Shown here: piece after piece, positions 19,880 to 30,275 of the stretch
Numbering within the stretch: position 1 is the first letter of the stretch
How the letters are laid out: each line of letters begins with the position of its first letter
Assembly: GCA_963803975.1 (NCBI GenBank)
Contig: CAWDOY010000003.1
Span: 160,001-224,000, forward strand
Origin: an uncultured delta proteobacterium
Lineage (GTDB): Bacteria > Desulfobacterota > WTBG01 > CAIYCZ01
Length of the DNA: 64,000 nt
Reading direction: 5' to 3'
The notes under the pieces: model-generated
Seen by the model: the letters and a program-made list of their open reading frames with translations, nothing else
What the model was told of the DNA's origin: nothing
The model's database searches: none
Position numbers and translations under genes: made by a program

Positions 19880-20086
19880 GATTACTACCCTTTCAACTTT
19901 AAAATTGTATCTATTTCTGTTTCATTAGAGAGCATGCGTGCTTAAAAACACTGCATTATGTTGCTTACCGTCATTTTACCTCAGTCTCAAGCCGGGATCC
20001 GGCCATGACCCGGTAAAAGAAGGGGCGCAGATGTTTTGCGCACGAGCATGTGCAACAAAAAAAACCGGGAAGTGCAACGCACTGTT

Positions 20087-20284
20087 CTACGCATAGGGGA
20101 TAAGCCTGCGAACATTTCTTTCATCTACTTTTGCTATGAGTGCTCCTTTGCGCAGGGTTCTTTTCCGATTCTTATTTTTATGGGTGAGCAAGTGGCTTGC
20201 GTTTGCCTTTGACCGTTTTACTTTTCCGCTCTTAGTCAGTGTGAAGCGCTTGGCAGCGCCACTATTGGTTTTTAATTTAGGCAT
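20087..20284 (-). CDS. rpmI: 50S ribosomal protein L35
   Basis: MPKLKTNSGAAKRF...HLLTHK...RRLIPYA. Confidence 0.97.
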   Translation of the reverse strand: MPKLKTNSGAAKRFTLTKSGKVKRSKANASHLLTHKNKNRKRTLRKGALIAKVDERNVRRLIPYA

Positions 20285-20361
20285 TGCGTTATATTCTCCT
20301 GAAAAATAGTGTTAATTGCCCGTTGCTGGGACAGCTCATAATCGAAGACTGCCGGTCAACA

Positions 20362-20880
20362 TTATTTCTGTTTTTTCCCGGTGAGGAGCATCAGAATATT
20401 TCGGCCTTCCAGGCGAGGTTCCTGCTCAGTGATGCCATGCTCCTGAACAGCTTCCTTTATTTCCTGTAATAGGGCGAATGCATTTTCCTGATGAAGTATC
20501 TCCCGCCCGCGAAACACAACAGATATTTTTACTTTGTGGCCCTTCTCCAGAAACTCCAGTATATGCCGGATCTTCACCTCAAGGTCATGCTTGCCGGTAT
20601 AGGGCCGAAGTTTGATTTCTTTTACATGCACGGTGCTCTGGACACTTTTTTTGTGAAGTTTCTTGCTTTGCTGATATTTAAATTTGCCATAGTCCATGAA
20701 CCGGCATACCGGCGGGTCTGCATTCGGTGATACTTCAACAAGATCGAGGCCCTGTTCAGCCGCCGCGGCTAATGCCTGGTCAGTAGGCAGAATACCGAGC
20801 TGTCTTCCCTCGGCATCTATTACCCGGACCTTATCTATTCTAATCATCCTGTTGATGCGCAGTGATTTTTCTATGCTGAT
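20362..20880 (-). CDS. infC: Translation initiation factor IF-3 with a non-AUG (ATC) start
   Basis: LDLVEVSPNADPPVCRFMDYGKFKY motif. AAGGAGGT lies 5 nt upstream of an in-frame ATC at 20880, which extends the ORF (SIEKSLRINRMIR). Confidence 0.95.
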   Translation of the reverse strand: MSIEKSLRINRMIRIDKVRVIDAEGRQLGILPTDQALAAAAEQGLDLVEVSPNADPPVCRFMDYGKFKYQQSKKLHKKSVQSTVHVKEIKLRPYTGKHDLEVKIRHILEFLEKGHKVKISVVFRGREILHQENAFALLQEIKEAVQEHGITEQEPRLEGRNILMLLTGKKQK

Positions 20881-20902
20881 ACTACACCTCCTTGCTGATG
20901 GT

Positions 20903-22831
20903 TCACTGTAACTTCTGCAGATTTATCTGCAGTTCCTGACGGCAAACCGTCCTGATAACATCTATAAGCTGATCGACGTGCATGAACTTCAGGTCTTCCC
21001 CGCTGCGTTGTCTGGGAGAAATACCTCTGTTTTCAACCTCACGATCCCCTATAACGAGCATGTAGGGTGTTTTCTGCAGCTGAGCTTCACGAATTTTCAA
21101 GCGCAGGCTCTCATTGCGCAGGTCAATCTCCGCTCGTATATCATTGTCCATGAGCTGTTTAAAAACTTCTTCACCATAGGGGAAATGACGGTCTGCGATG
21201 GGCAGTACAATTGTCTGCACGGGTGATAGCCAAGTCGGAAATGCCCCTGCATAATGTTCTATAAGAACTCCGAGAAAACGCTCTATTGAACCGAGAATTA
21301 CCCGGTGCAGCATTACCGGACGGTGTTTTGCCCCGTCTTCCCCTATGTAAGAAAGGTCGAACCGATCCGGCAGGGCAAAGTCACACTGGATAGTGGCACA
21401 CTGCCATGAACGTCCCAGACAGTCTTTGAGCTTAACGTCAATCTTGGGCCCGTAAAATGCGCCGTCTCCCTCATTTATGTCGTATGGAATATGATATTTA
21501 TCCAGTACGGTGCGCAGGGCAGCAGTAGCACGCTCCCAGTCTTCATCAGTGCCGATAGATTTTTCCGGGCGGGTGCTCAGTTCCATTTCATACGTAAACT
21601 GAAAAATACCCATAACATCACGCACAAAATCAATGATGCGTGCAATTTCCTGATCGAGCTGAGCGGGAGTGCACAGAATATGGGCATCGTCCTGGGTGAA
21701 CTCCCGCACGCGGGTAAGGCCGTGAAGTACTCCTGATTTTTCGTGCCGGTTTACAGTACCAAGCTCAAAGTAACGGACCGGTAAATCACGATAACTGTGG
21801 AGCTTGGATTTATAAATGAGCATATGGGCAACACAGTTCATGGGCTTCAACCCGTACTTTTGTCCGTCCACTTCAGTAAAATACATAAACTGCCGGTAGT
21901 TATCGAGATGGCCGGATTTTTGCCAAAGATCCTGGCGGAGTATTTGCGGGCCCTTTACCATCTGGTAACCTCTTTTAAGGTGCTCCCTTACCTCAAAATC
22001 CTCCAGTATCCTGCGCAGCAGTGCTCCTTTGGGATGATAAACTATTAGTCCCGCACCAGCTTCATCATATATATTAAACAGGTCGAGTTCTCTGCCGAGC
22101 TTTCTGTGGTCGCGGGCTTTGGCCTCTTCGACAAGCTTAATATGGCGCTGCAGCTCTTCTCCGGAAGGAAACGCCGTGCCGTAAATCCGCTGCAGCATTT
22201 TATTGCGTTCATCACCACGCCAGTAAGCACCGGCAATGCTCAGGAGCTTGAATGCCCTGATTTTCCCGGTTGATGGCAGGTGAGGCCCGCGGCATAAATC
22301 AATAAAATCTCCCTGCTGATACAGGGAAACTGTTGGAGACGGTATTTCCTTGATGATTTCCACCTTGTAGTCTTCTTTTCTCTCGGCAAAAAGCTTGATA
22401 GCATCTTCCCTGCTTGTTTCAACACGGGTAAAAAGATTATTCCGGTCAATGATATCCTGCATCTTTATTTCTATTTTATCCAGATCCTCGGGAGAAAAGG
22501 TATTGTCATAATCAAAGTCATAGTAGAATCCGTTCTCTATTGACGGCCCTATTGTTACCTTGATATTGGGATACAATGCTTTTACTGCCTGAGCCATGAC
22601 ATGGGAAGTGCTGTGGCGAAGAATTTCCCTGCCTTCATCAGATGAGATGTCAATGAAAGAGAGTTCAGCGTCCTGTACCAGCGGAGTGCTCAAGTCAACG
22701 GGGTGACCGTCAAGATTTGCAGCGATAGCATCGGGATTAATCTGCAGATCACTGAGCAGTGCTGCAATCAGCTTCCCTTTTTCAACGGTGTGGCTCACGC
22801 CCCCGGGCAGTTTTATTTTAATTGTTTCCAT
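20903..22831 (-). CDS. thrS: Threonine--tRNA ligase
   Basis: [31 protein letters not shown] and GAFYGPKID. Confidence 0.98.
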   Translation of the reverse strand: METIKIKLPGGVSHTVEKGKLIAALLSDLQINPDAIAANLDGHPVDLSTPLVQDAELSFIDISSDEGREILRHSTSHVMAQAVKALYPNIKVTIGPSIENGFYYDFDYDNTFSPEDLDKIEIKMQDIIDRNNLFTRVETSREDAIKLFAERKEDYKVEIIKEIPSPTVSLYQQGDFIDLCRGPHLPSTGKIRAFKLLSIAGAYWRGDERNKMLQRIYGTAFPSGEELQRHIKLVEEAKARDHRKLGRELDLFNIYDEAGAGLIVYHPKGALLRRILEDFEVREHLKRGYQMVKGPQILRQDLWQKSGHLDNYRQFMYFTEVDGQKYGLKPMNCVAHMLIYKSKLHSYRDLPVRYFELGTVNRHEKSGVLHGLTRVREFTQDDAHILCTPAQLDQEIARIIDFVRDVMGIFQFTYEMELSTRPEKSIGTDEDWERATAALRTVLDKYHIPYDINEGDGAFYGPKIDVKLKDCLGRSWQCATIQCDFALPDRFDLSYIGEDGAKHRPVMLHRVILGSIERFLGVLIEHYAGAFPTWLSPVQTIVLPIADRHFPYGEEVFKQLMDNDIRAEIDLRNESLRLKIREAQLQKTPYMLVIGDREVENRGISPRQRSGEDLKFMHVDQLIDVIRTVCRQELQINLQKLQ

Positions 22832-22930
22832 GCGGTTGATTATGTAAAGAAAATGGCACCACAACTGTCTTTTATGATGCCATTGCGATATTAACGTTTA
22901 CCTGGATGTTGTCAGGATTTTGAAATGAAA

Positions 22931-23005
22931 TGGTAGGCGCGGGCGGTTTCGAACCGCCGACTTCTACCGTGTCAAGGTAGCGATCTCCCGCTGATCTACG
23001 CGCCT
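22931..23005 (-). tRNA. tRNA-Val(GAC)
   Basis: The reverse complement AGGCGCGTAGATCAGCGGGAGATCGCTACCTTGACACGGTAGAAGTCGGCGGTTCGAAACCGCCCGCGCCTACCA folds as a cloverleaf with a GAC anticodon and encoded CCA. Confidence 0.97.
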
Positions 23006-23030
23006 GAAATTCTTAACTTATTTTCATGTT

Positions 23031-23060
23031 ATTGTTAACAGCCTCAAAAAAATTTGTCAA
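23031..23060 (-). promoter_or_regulatory. Sigma70 promoter for tRNA-Val/thrS
   Basis: TTGACA-17 nt-TAACAA with an extended TG and an AT-rich upstream region. Confidence 0.6.
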
Positions 23061-23329
23061 GAAAATTATTTAGTTAGAGTTATTATTGCAAATATAGTAT
23101 AAGAAAAAAAGATTAAGCAGAATAAATTTCAAGCTTGTTAATTAAATTGATAAAATAAAATTAGCATATTACTTTAATGTAATCAATGGACTAATAATGT
23201 TATATGTAACAAATAAAGGAATAATAAAAGTAGTAGTAATGAATTTTATTCTGCTATTAACAGTTTAAACTTTAAGAGATGGTGATTGCTTCTTGTTAGA
23301 ACTCTTATTCAGTCTCAAGCAGGTGGTAA

Positions 23330-24022
23330 TTAAATACACCCTTCTTCCCTGAAGCTGAAATAACCTTGTTTTCCTATAATGAGATGGTCATGTACCTTGA
23401 TGCCGATATTTTCAGAGATCTGCTTAAGCAGATCGGTTAAATTCTTATCATGAACGGATGGCTCAGGACTGCCACTGGGGTGGTTGTGAACAAAAATTAA
23501 TGCGCTTGCCCTGTGCTTAAGAGCATGCTCAATTATTTTGCGGGGATAGACAGCCGACTGATCAACAGTTCCCTCCTGAAGAGGTTCATCGGCTATAATT
23601 TCATTTTTTGTGTTCAAATAGATTACCCTGAATTGTTCATCTCCAAGTCCAGCCATAGCGGATTTGCAATAATTAAGCAGCGCTTCTGGTGATGAAATTA
23701 TATCTTTATGGTATATTTTCCCTCTGAGATAGAAATCACTGCACTCTTTAACCAGTTTCATGAGAAGGGCAGAATGCTCCCCGATGCCCGCGACTGTTTT
23801 TAATTCATTGAGTGGTGCATCAAGGACACCCTGAAAAGTCTGAAAGCGGGAAATGAGCTGCTTAGCCAAAACCTTTACATCTTTTTGTGCAATGGCAAAC
23901 GTGAGCAATAGTTCAAGCACTTCATAATCATGGAATGACGCAAGACCGGTCTTTAAAAAGCGCTCTTTGATTCTTTTTCGATGACCAAGATAGTGTTGAT
24001 GTTCACTTTTTTGTGATTGCAT
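23330..24022 (-). CDS. radC: RadC family JAB-domain protein (long form)
   Basis: GHRKRIKERF, YEVLELLL, HhH motif VAGIG and JAB motif HNHPSGSPEPS..D...DHLIIG. Confidence 0.92.
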   Translation of the reverse strand: MQSQKSEHQHYLGHRKRIKERFLKTGLASFHDYEVLELLLTFAIAQKDVKVLAKQLISRFQTFQGVLDAPLNELKTVAGIGEHSALLMKLVKECSDFYLRGKIYHKDIISSPEALLNYCKSAMAGLGDEQFRVIYLNTKNEIIADEPLQEGTVDQSAVYPRKIIEHALKHRASALIFVHNHPSGSPEPSVHDKNLTDLLKQISENIGIKVHDHLIIGKQGYFSFREEGCI

Positions 24023-24279
24023 GCTATAAAACCCCCTGCGGTAATGCATTGTTGGATCGCTACACTGGCATAGCAAATATATTTCAGCATATGAGAAATT
24101 ATTCAAGAAAATTATTTAGCACTGTGGCTGTGCACGGTTTAAACGGGTGAACAGTAGGGAGGCATTAACACGCACCTGCCGCGCGGCAGGGACTGGGCTC
24201 GTTTGATCTGCAGAAGATAAAGTTTATAAATGATGGCTACGAGAGTAGTGCAGGGACAATATAGAAAGGGCACGGGGAT

Positions 24280-24687
24280 ATGAAACAGATACTGCTTTTT
24301 CATCCTGCCGGGCAAATTATTGCATGTATCTGCGGTCTTTTTAACATATTTACGGGTATAACGAAAAGATGTTTTGTTTTGAGCCTTCACATAAACTGCG
24401 GTCTGTTATATTATTTCATGTCAGCACTTGGCTTTATTATGGGCATTTCTGTGTACTCATGGGCAGTGGAGAAGGGTATCAAGTTATCTATGCAATCCCA
24501 TCTGTTGAGTGGTGTCTGTATCATTATGTTATCCATTGCCGGGGCAGCCAGTGGCTTTATGTTGCGAAATCAAATGCCGGTTAAACAGCAGCTGCGCTCT
24601 CTTCATAAATGGGTAAACATAGTGAGCATGGTGCTCTTTGTTGTTCAGAGTATGACCGGAATCCTGGCGTTGATACCTGTTATGTGA
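24280..24687 (+). CDS. Small four-helix membrane protein with His in the helices, function unknown
   Basis: Four hydrophobic segments (FHP, LHINCG, SHLLSG, LHKWV). Confidence 0.6.
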   Translation: MKQILLFHPAGQIIACICGLFNIFTGITKRCFVLSLHINCGLLYYFMSALGFIMGISVYSWAVEKGIKLSMQSHLLSGVCIIMLSIAGAASGFMLRNQMPVKQQLRSLHKWVNIVSMVLFVVQSMTGILALIPVM

Positions 24688-24780
24688 TTTGTTAACAGGA
24701 TAATGCTGAACAAGTACTATTATTAGAATATGTTTCAATAAATAATATAATTCATAGGTAAACAAGGAGGAAAAGACAGG

Positions 24781-25344
24781 ATGATTGATACATCAGATAT
24801 CAGAAAAAATTTAAAAGTTGAAATCGATGGATACCCGTGGATAGTTGTTGACTTTCAATTTGTCAAGCCCGGGAAAGGGCAGGCATTTACCCGCACCAAA
24901 TTTAAAAATCTGATTACCGGTAATGTGATTGAACGGACCTACAAATCAGGGGAAAAGCTGGAAGAGGCGGCAATTGAGGAACATGAAATGGCATTTCTAT
25001 ATTCGCAGAGCAATAACTATCATTTCATGAATAATCAGACCTATGATCAAGTGGAAATGTCAGAAGACCAGGTAGGGGAAGCAAAATCGTTTTTGACTGA
25101 AAATATGGTTGTGGAGGTCATGTACTTCAAAGGCAGGCCCATAGGCATTGAACTTCCAAATTTTGTTGAACTGCAGATCGTGCATACCGAACCAGCCGTC
25201 AAGGGAGATACCGTAAGTGGTGCGACAAAGATCGCAGAAGTATCAACCGGCTATAAGATGCAGGTTCCGGTATTCCTGAGCAATGAAGAGTGGATTGTTA
25301 TAGATACCCGGACCGGGGCATATGTTGAGCGGGTTAAACGATGA
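24781..25344 (+). CDS. efp: Elongation factor P
   Basis: FVKPGKGQAF (Lys at the modified position), EPAVKGDT and IDTRTGAYVER. Confidence 0.98.
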   Translation: MIDTSDIRKNLKVEIDGYPWIVVDFQFVKPGKGQAFTRTKFKNLITGNVIERTYKSGEKLEEAAIEEHEMAFLYSQSNNYHFMNNQTYDQVEMSEDQVGEAKSFLTENMVVEVMYFKGRPIGIELPNFVELQIVHTEPAVKGDTVSGATKIAEVSTGYKMQVPVFLSNEEWIVIDTRTGAYVERVKR

Positions 25345-26267
25345 CCGGAGGAACGGCAGAGCATTCCTTTCCAGAGAACTTTTTGAAAACCTTAACAGCC
25401 CGGCATCAGATAATAAGGGCGATAAGAAATTTTTTTGATTCCGCACACTACCTTGAAGTCGAAACACCCATAAGGGTACATTCTCCGGGAATTGACCCCT
25501 ACATTGATGCCATCCATGCCGGAACTGGCTATTTCTTATCACCTTCTCCAGAGTTGCAGATGAAACGGCTTCTGACCTTAAGAATACCGTGCATCTACCA
25601 GATAACACATGCCTTTCGCAACAATGAGCGGGGATCTCAGCACAACCCGGAATTTACCATTCTTGAGTGGTATCGGTGCAATACGGATTATGTCAATATC
25701 ATGGAAGAGACAGAACAGCTTATTTACTCTCTTGTTCATGACGCTGCAATCCGGCACACATCGCAGCCATCGTATACATTTCCTTTTCTGCGTATTAGTG
25801 TGGATGCATTATTTAAGAGCAGAGCAGGGTGGGAGCCATCCTGCCAGTGGGACGAAGACAGGTTTTTCCTTGACTGGGTAGATAAAATTGAGCCGTATCT
25901 CAACTCGTTAGCTGGAGTTTTTGTTGTTGACTTTCCCGCCCCGCTTGCGTCACTTGCAAAGTTGAAAAATGACAACCCCTTACTCTGCGAACGCTTTGAA
26001 TTGTTTATGGGGGGATTGGAGATTGCTAACGCCTTTTCCGAACTTACTGACTCAATAGAACAGACACGGCGTTTTGAAAATGCCCGGAAAAAAAGAAAAG
26101 TCATGGGCAAGGAAAGCTATAAAATTGACGAAAGATTCATCTCTGCCTTACAGCTCGGCATACCGGAATGTGCTGGAATTGCACTGGGTATAGATCGGCT
26201 TGTTATGGCAATTCTTGGCTCTCGCGATATCAGTATGGTGCAAACTTTCCCTGATGACCGTCTGTAG
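25341..26267 (+). CDS. epmA: EF-P lysine aminoacylase
   Basis: LEVETP, LSPSPELQMKRLL, FRNNERG..HNPEFTILEWY and GIALGIDRLVM. Its start overlaps the efp stop. Confidence 0.92.
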   Translation: MTGGTAEHSFPENFLKTLTARHQIIRAIRNFFDSAHYLEVETPIRVHSPGIDPYIDAIHAGTGYFLSPSPELQMKRLLTLRIPCIYQITHAFRNNERGSQHNPEFTILEWYRCNTDYVNIMEETEQLIYSLVHDAAIRHTSQPSYTFPFLRISVDALFKSRAGWEPSCQWDEDRFFLDWVDKIEPYLNSLAGVFVVDFPAPLASLAKLKNDNPLLCERFELFMGGLEIANAFSELTDSIEQTRRFENARKKRKVMGKESYKIDERFISALQLGIPECAGIALGIDRLVMAILGSRDISMVQTFPDDRL

Positions 26268-26284
26268 GTCTGATAATAAACAGC

Positions 26285-27163
26285 ATGAAACAAACCATTG
26301 AGTATATTAAAACTATTGCGGAAAAAACTGACACCTTTGTGCAGTTTCAGAAAAGTATCCTGACGTCGGAACAGGTAGACATCTTAAAGAAAATACCACG
26401 TCTTGCCATGGGAGAAATACGCGGGGTTGAAAGCATGGTTGCAGTGTATGATGCTCTAGACAGAAAAACAGTAGATGCATTTTTACCTACTGTTGTCTAC
26501 ACCGGAACAGAATATGGAGAATGGAAGACATTACTTAAACACCTCAACACATTAAAAAAGAAGATAGAAAAAACACATCAGATATACTGTCTCGAACCTG
26601 TACTGATTGGTGCGCCTGAGTTTTGGGGGGCTTTAAATGGCCGTTTTATGCATGAACTGCTTAATCGTTTTAAATTTTACAGCCCTTGCCTTGGATGCCG
26701 TATCTACTGTTATGCAGTGCGAATTCCTTTATGCAAACAGCTCAATTGCAGTGTGATAATATCCGGTAGAACTCCAGGGAATGCAACACCTGTTGCCATT
26801 AACGCATCACAGGAAGTTATGTATTATTGCAACACACTGCTTTCAAATTTTGGTATTAACCTGATGTATAGAATCGTGGAAGAAAATAAACAGGATATTA
26901 TTGAACAAGACGCACAGGTGAAACCAATCGGTAGAAGAGATACCTGTGCTTGCTGCTTATTTAAAGAAAATTATAAGATGATGCGCAATGATCCCAAGGA
27001 ACCGCATGACAACAAAAAATATTTTGAGCAATTTGCAATACCTGCTGCTGCTAAAATTGTCAGCCGTGTTCTGGCTGGTAAAATGCCAGATTACCTGCAT
27101 GAGGTAATGAACACGCTGCTACCCGGGGAAAATATAAAATCTAAAAAGCTACATAACAGGTGA
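26285..27163 (+). CDS. Hypothetical Cys-motif protein
   Basis: 292-aa ORF with SPCLGCRIYC and CACCLF motifs; no confident family assignment. Confidence 0.65.
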   Translation: MKQTIEYIKTIAEKTDTFVQFQKSILTSEQVDILKKIPRLAMGEIRGVESMVAVYDALDRKTVDAFLPTVVYTGTEYGEWKTLLKHLNTLKKKIEKTHQIYCLEPVLIGAPEFWGALNGRFMHELLNRFKFYSPCLGCRIYCYAVRIPLCKQLNCSVIISGRTPGNATPVAINASQEVMYYCNTLLSNFGINLMYRIVEENKQDIIEQDAQVKPIGRRDTCACCLFKENYKMMRNDPKEPHDNKKYFEQFAIPAAAKIVSRVLAGKMPDYLHEVMNTLLPGENIKSKKLHNR

Positions 27164-27259
27164 ACAGAAAAATCGTTTCAACTCCTTATTCTTTTTTGAC
27201 GATTTATAAGCATAATTTTAATGATGGGTATCGATGATAGCGATAGAGGATTGTAAATC

Positions 27260-27535
27260 ATGGATGAGTTAAATAAAAAACCAAAAAAACGAGAGGATTT
27301 GGCAATTCATGAGCTTGGCGATGAAGTAATGTTATATGATGCAGCAAATGAAAAGATTCATGTATTAAATCACACAGCATCTTTAATATGGAATTTTTGC
27401 GATGGGCAACATTCCATAAAAGACATAAAAGAAGAAATGAATAAATATTTTCCAATAATTGAAGATAAACATTTATTGCAAGATATCATGAAAACAATAG
27501 AAGAATTAAATAAAAATATTTTATTGATAATATAG
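27260..27535 (+). CDS. PqqD family protein (RiPP recognition element)
   Basis: HELGDEVMLYD....IHVLNHTASLIWNFCDGQHSIKDI...DI...IEEL. Confidence 0.9.
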   Translation: MDELNKKPKKREDLAIHELGDEVMLYDAANEKIHVLNHTASLIWNFCDGQHSIKDIKEEMNKYFPIIEDKHLLQDIMKTIEELNKNILLII

Positions 27536-27646
27536 TAATAATGTCTTTAATATTAGAAAAATACAGACAGGAAGAAATTTAAAATAACTACGGAAAGGTC
27601 TTAACGGCAGAGTAAATCGATAAACCAATTGCAAAAAGCCTGATTT

Positions 27647-27686
27647 GGGGTTATACACTAATAGCGTGTGTAACCCTAATTTTTTT
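27647..27686 (+). terminator. Intrinsic terminator-like hairpin between the PqqD and radical SAM genes
   Basis: GGGTTATACAC-7 nt-GTGTGTAACCC followed by TAATTTTTTT. Confidence 0.65.
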
Positions 27687-27699
27687 ATGTTTTGATCTC

Positions 27700-29106
27700 A
27701 TGTCGCATAATACTCTACTAACCGATACCCCGCAGCTGCCAGAAGGCTCTTTTCATAAAGAGATAGAATCATTCCATATAATAACTCATCCTTCAAGACC
27801 ATCGTGGGCTGTCATAAATAAATTTGGCTGGGAAATCCTGCAACAGTGTAATGGAAGAAATTCGATAAACGATATTATTAATACCATAAAATACCAGTAT
27901 GATATTTCCGATAGTATTCTTAGAGATGATATCGCGACCTTTATACAATCTGTCACCAAATCCGGCATCATGTCGAATGACGAATTGCCGGTTCAAGCAA
28001 ACGCAGCGGCAATTAAAAGCGCCTTTCTTCATTTGACTGATACCTGTAATCTTCATTGTAAGCACTGCTATGCACATAACATGTCCGAAGGGAATCCGGA
28101 ACTTACCGACAAGGAACTCACCTCTTTGGTAGAAAACTTTTACGAAGCCGGGGGCAAAGCTTTAGTTATAAGCGGTGGCGAACCGTTACTACGGAAGAAT
28201 TTTAAAAACATTTTTGAAATTAACCCTGAAGCGCACTTCATTCTTTTAACAAATGCTACCCTCATTGATGAAAACTATGCGTCATTCCTCGCCCGGTTCA
28301 ATGTTTCAATACAGGTAAGTATCGATGGCGCAACCGCCGGTGTGCATGATAGCATTCGTGGAGATGGAGCATTTCAGGCCGCAATGAAGGGGATTGAGCA
28401 TCTGCAACGATGCGGATTACAGAAAAAAATAAATTTATGCACTACGGTCATGAAACAGAACATCAACGATCTGCCGAATATTTTTGCTCTTGCCAGCAGT
28501 CTCGGAATACCGTTTGTCAGGTTCCTTCCTCTCCGACGGAAGGGCAACGCACGTACTAACTGGCAGGATATCCAGGGTGAGGTTTCTGCAAAGGATTATG
28601 AGCAATTTTATACCTATGTATTTAAAACTGCTATGCGTCAGTATCCAGAACTTGATATACGATGCGGCTTAAGCGGATTCATAGTGGACCCTAAGAAGCT
28701 TATGGATGATGGTCATTGGTGCCCGATTGGAAAAAACATAATAATCGACACCAGAGGGAATGTATATCCCTGTTCTCTGCTTATCAACGATAGATTTAAA
28801 ATCGGCAATATAAAAGAAAATACTTTCAACGATATACTAAAACACCCCACTCTTCTGGAGTTAATGGCTGCACGAAACAAAAGAAAAGATACAATTGAGA
28901 AATGCAAAATATGCATGTGGAAAAATTTCTGTCAAAGCAGTTGCCTGGGCTCCATCTTCGAGCAACAGGGTACCATCTGGGATACCGACGAGTTTTGCGA
29001 TTTCAGAATCAGGTTATATGAGCAGAGTGTTATTAAACTTGCCCACAATAGATCATCAGCCACGCCCCCTATGCCTATCGGAGATACCACCGAAGAATGC
29101 TTCTAA
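27700..29106 (+). CDS. Radical SAM/SPASM peptide maturase with N-terminal RRE domain
   Basis: N-terminal INKFGWEILQQCNGRNSINDI (RRE), CNLHCKHC, SGGEP, and SPASM CPIG...VYPC...IGNI...CKICMWKNFCQSSC...FC. Confidence 0.92.
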   Translation: MSHNTLLTDTPQLPEGSFHKEIESFHIITHPSRPSWAVINKFGWEILQQCNGRNSINDIINTIKYQYDISDSILRDDIATFIQSVTKSGIMSNDELPVQANAAAIKSAFLHLTDTCNLHCKHCYAHNMSEGNPELTDKELTSLVENFYEAGGKALVISGGEPLLRKNFKNIFEINPEAHFILLTNATLIDENYASFLARFNVSIQVSIDGATAGVHDSIRGDGAFQAAMKGIEHLQRCGLQKKINLCTTVMKQNINDLPNIFALASSLGIPFVRFLPLRRKGNARTNWQDIQGEVSAKDYEQFYTYVFKTAMRQYPELDIRCGLSGFIVDPKKLMDDGHWCPIGKNIIIDTRGNVYPCSLLINDRFKIGNIKENTFNDILKHPTLLELMAARNKRKDTIEKCKICMWKNFCQSSCLGSIFEQQGTIWDTDEFCDFRIRLYEQSVIKLAHNRSSATPPMPIGDTTEECF

Positions 29107-30267
29107 CCTTGAATGATAAACAACTATCAGCCATTAAACGGTCTGCAGTTCACAGCGCACACTTCCGGTTTCTGAATGTAAGCCTCACCTTCTCCTCAGA
29201 TTCGAACGAGGCCGTTGATATTTTTTCAGCCATGTATCAAAATTTTATGGCGTCTGCGCAACCAGTTCCTGACATTTTGTGTTATATAATAAAGGAGACA
29301 GACACGGGAAGCAAAGCCGGCTGCAGTTGTTAATGGCAAGGCCTATGAACTATTTGAAGACGAGCTTTTCATAAGCCATGCACATATGATTGTTTTTCAG
29401 CATGTTCTGGACACTATTGACGACCACCTGCTTATACATGCAGGAGTTGTCGCAAAAGAAGGCAGGGGGATTATCATTTCGGGTCCGTCAACATATGGAA
29501 AAACAACAATGATGCTTGAACTGGTATCACGGGGATTTGAATTTTATTCAGACGAATTCTGCGCGGTGAATCTCAGTGACTTTACCATTACGGCTTTCCC
29601 TCGCAGCATCGGTCTCAGGGAAAGCAACCCTTTTCTCAGCCGCATAGACAAAAGTAAATGCTTATTGCTGAAGAATATAGGAAGGGGTAAAAAATATCTG
29701 GTTAATTGTGATAACATATTCCCGAATTCCAGAGGATCAATCTGTAAAGCACACTATCTTATATTGTTAAAAAACAGGCAGACCACTGAAAAAATGAACA
29801 ATAAAACTACGATTGATCTTGCCCTCTATAATGATAACCAGACTCTTGCTGATGAAATTTGCAGCCATGATGGCATCGACCATATAGGTACGTATATGGA
29901 GAGCGACTATGTGGTATACCGCTTCTCAATACCTTTACAGACCGGTCTGACTAAAGCATTCAGAGACATCTGCAACCGTTATACAGATCAAATATTTTAT
30001 CAGGAGCGGGTGACACAGGAAGATCCTGATTTTATCTCCGAGCCATTTCTTAAACCTATAGCAAAATCCGCCGCTTCCCTTGAGATACTTAAAAATCTCA
30101 GAAACCGCTCGATACACAGCAAACTGCTTAATAAATTTAACCATAAAAGCTCTCAACTCCTGCTTACCATAGGTGATTTTCTCAACGGAGTGGAGTGTTA
30201 CGAAATGACTACCGGGCCATTAAATAAAATGGCTGCCATGATCGAATCACTGTATCAGAAAGGATAG
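29097..30267 (+). CDS. HPr kinase-related P-loop protein; frameshift near 29310
   Basis: LIHAGVVAKEGRGIIISGPSTYGKTT...FYSDE motif. The N-terminal ORF 29097..29333 joins through the frame KPAAVVNGKAYELFEDE. Confidence 0.75.
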
Positions 30268-30275
30268 GATATAAA

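Noticed and set aside
22931..24022. Integrated element at tRNA-Val, suggested by radC and the AT-rich gap
   Set aside because: radC is the long chromosomal form and lies at the tRNA 5' side; I found no integrase and no duplicated tRNA 3' end.
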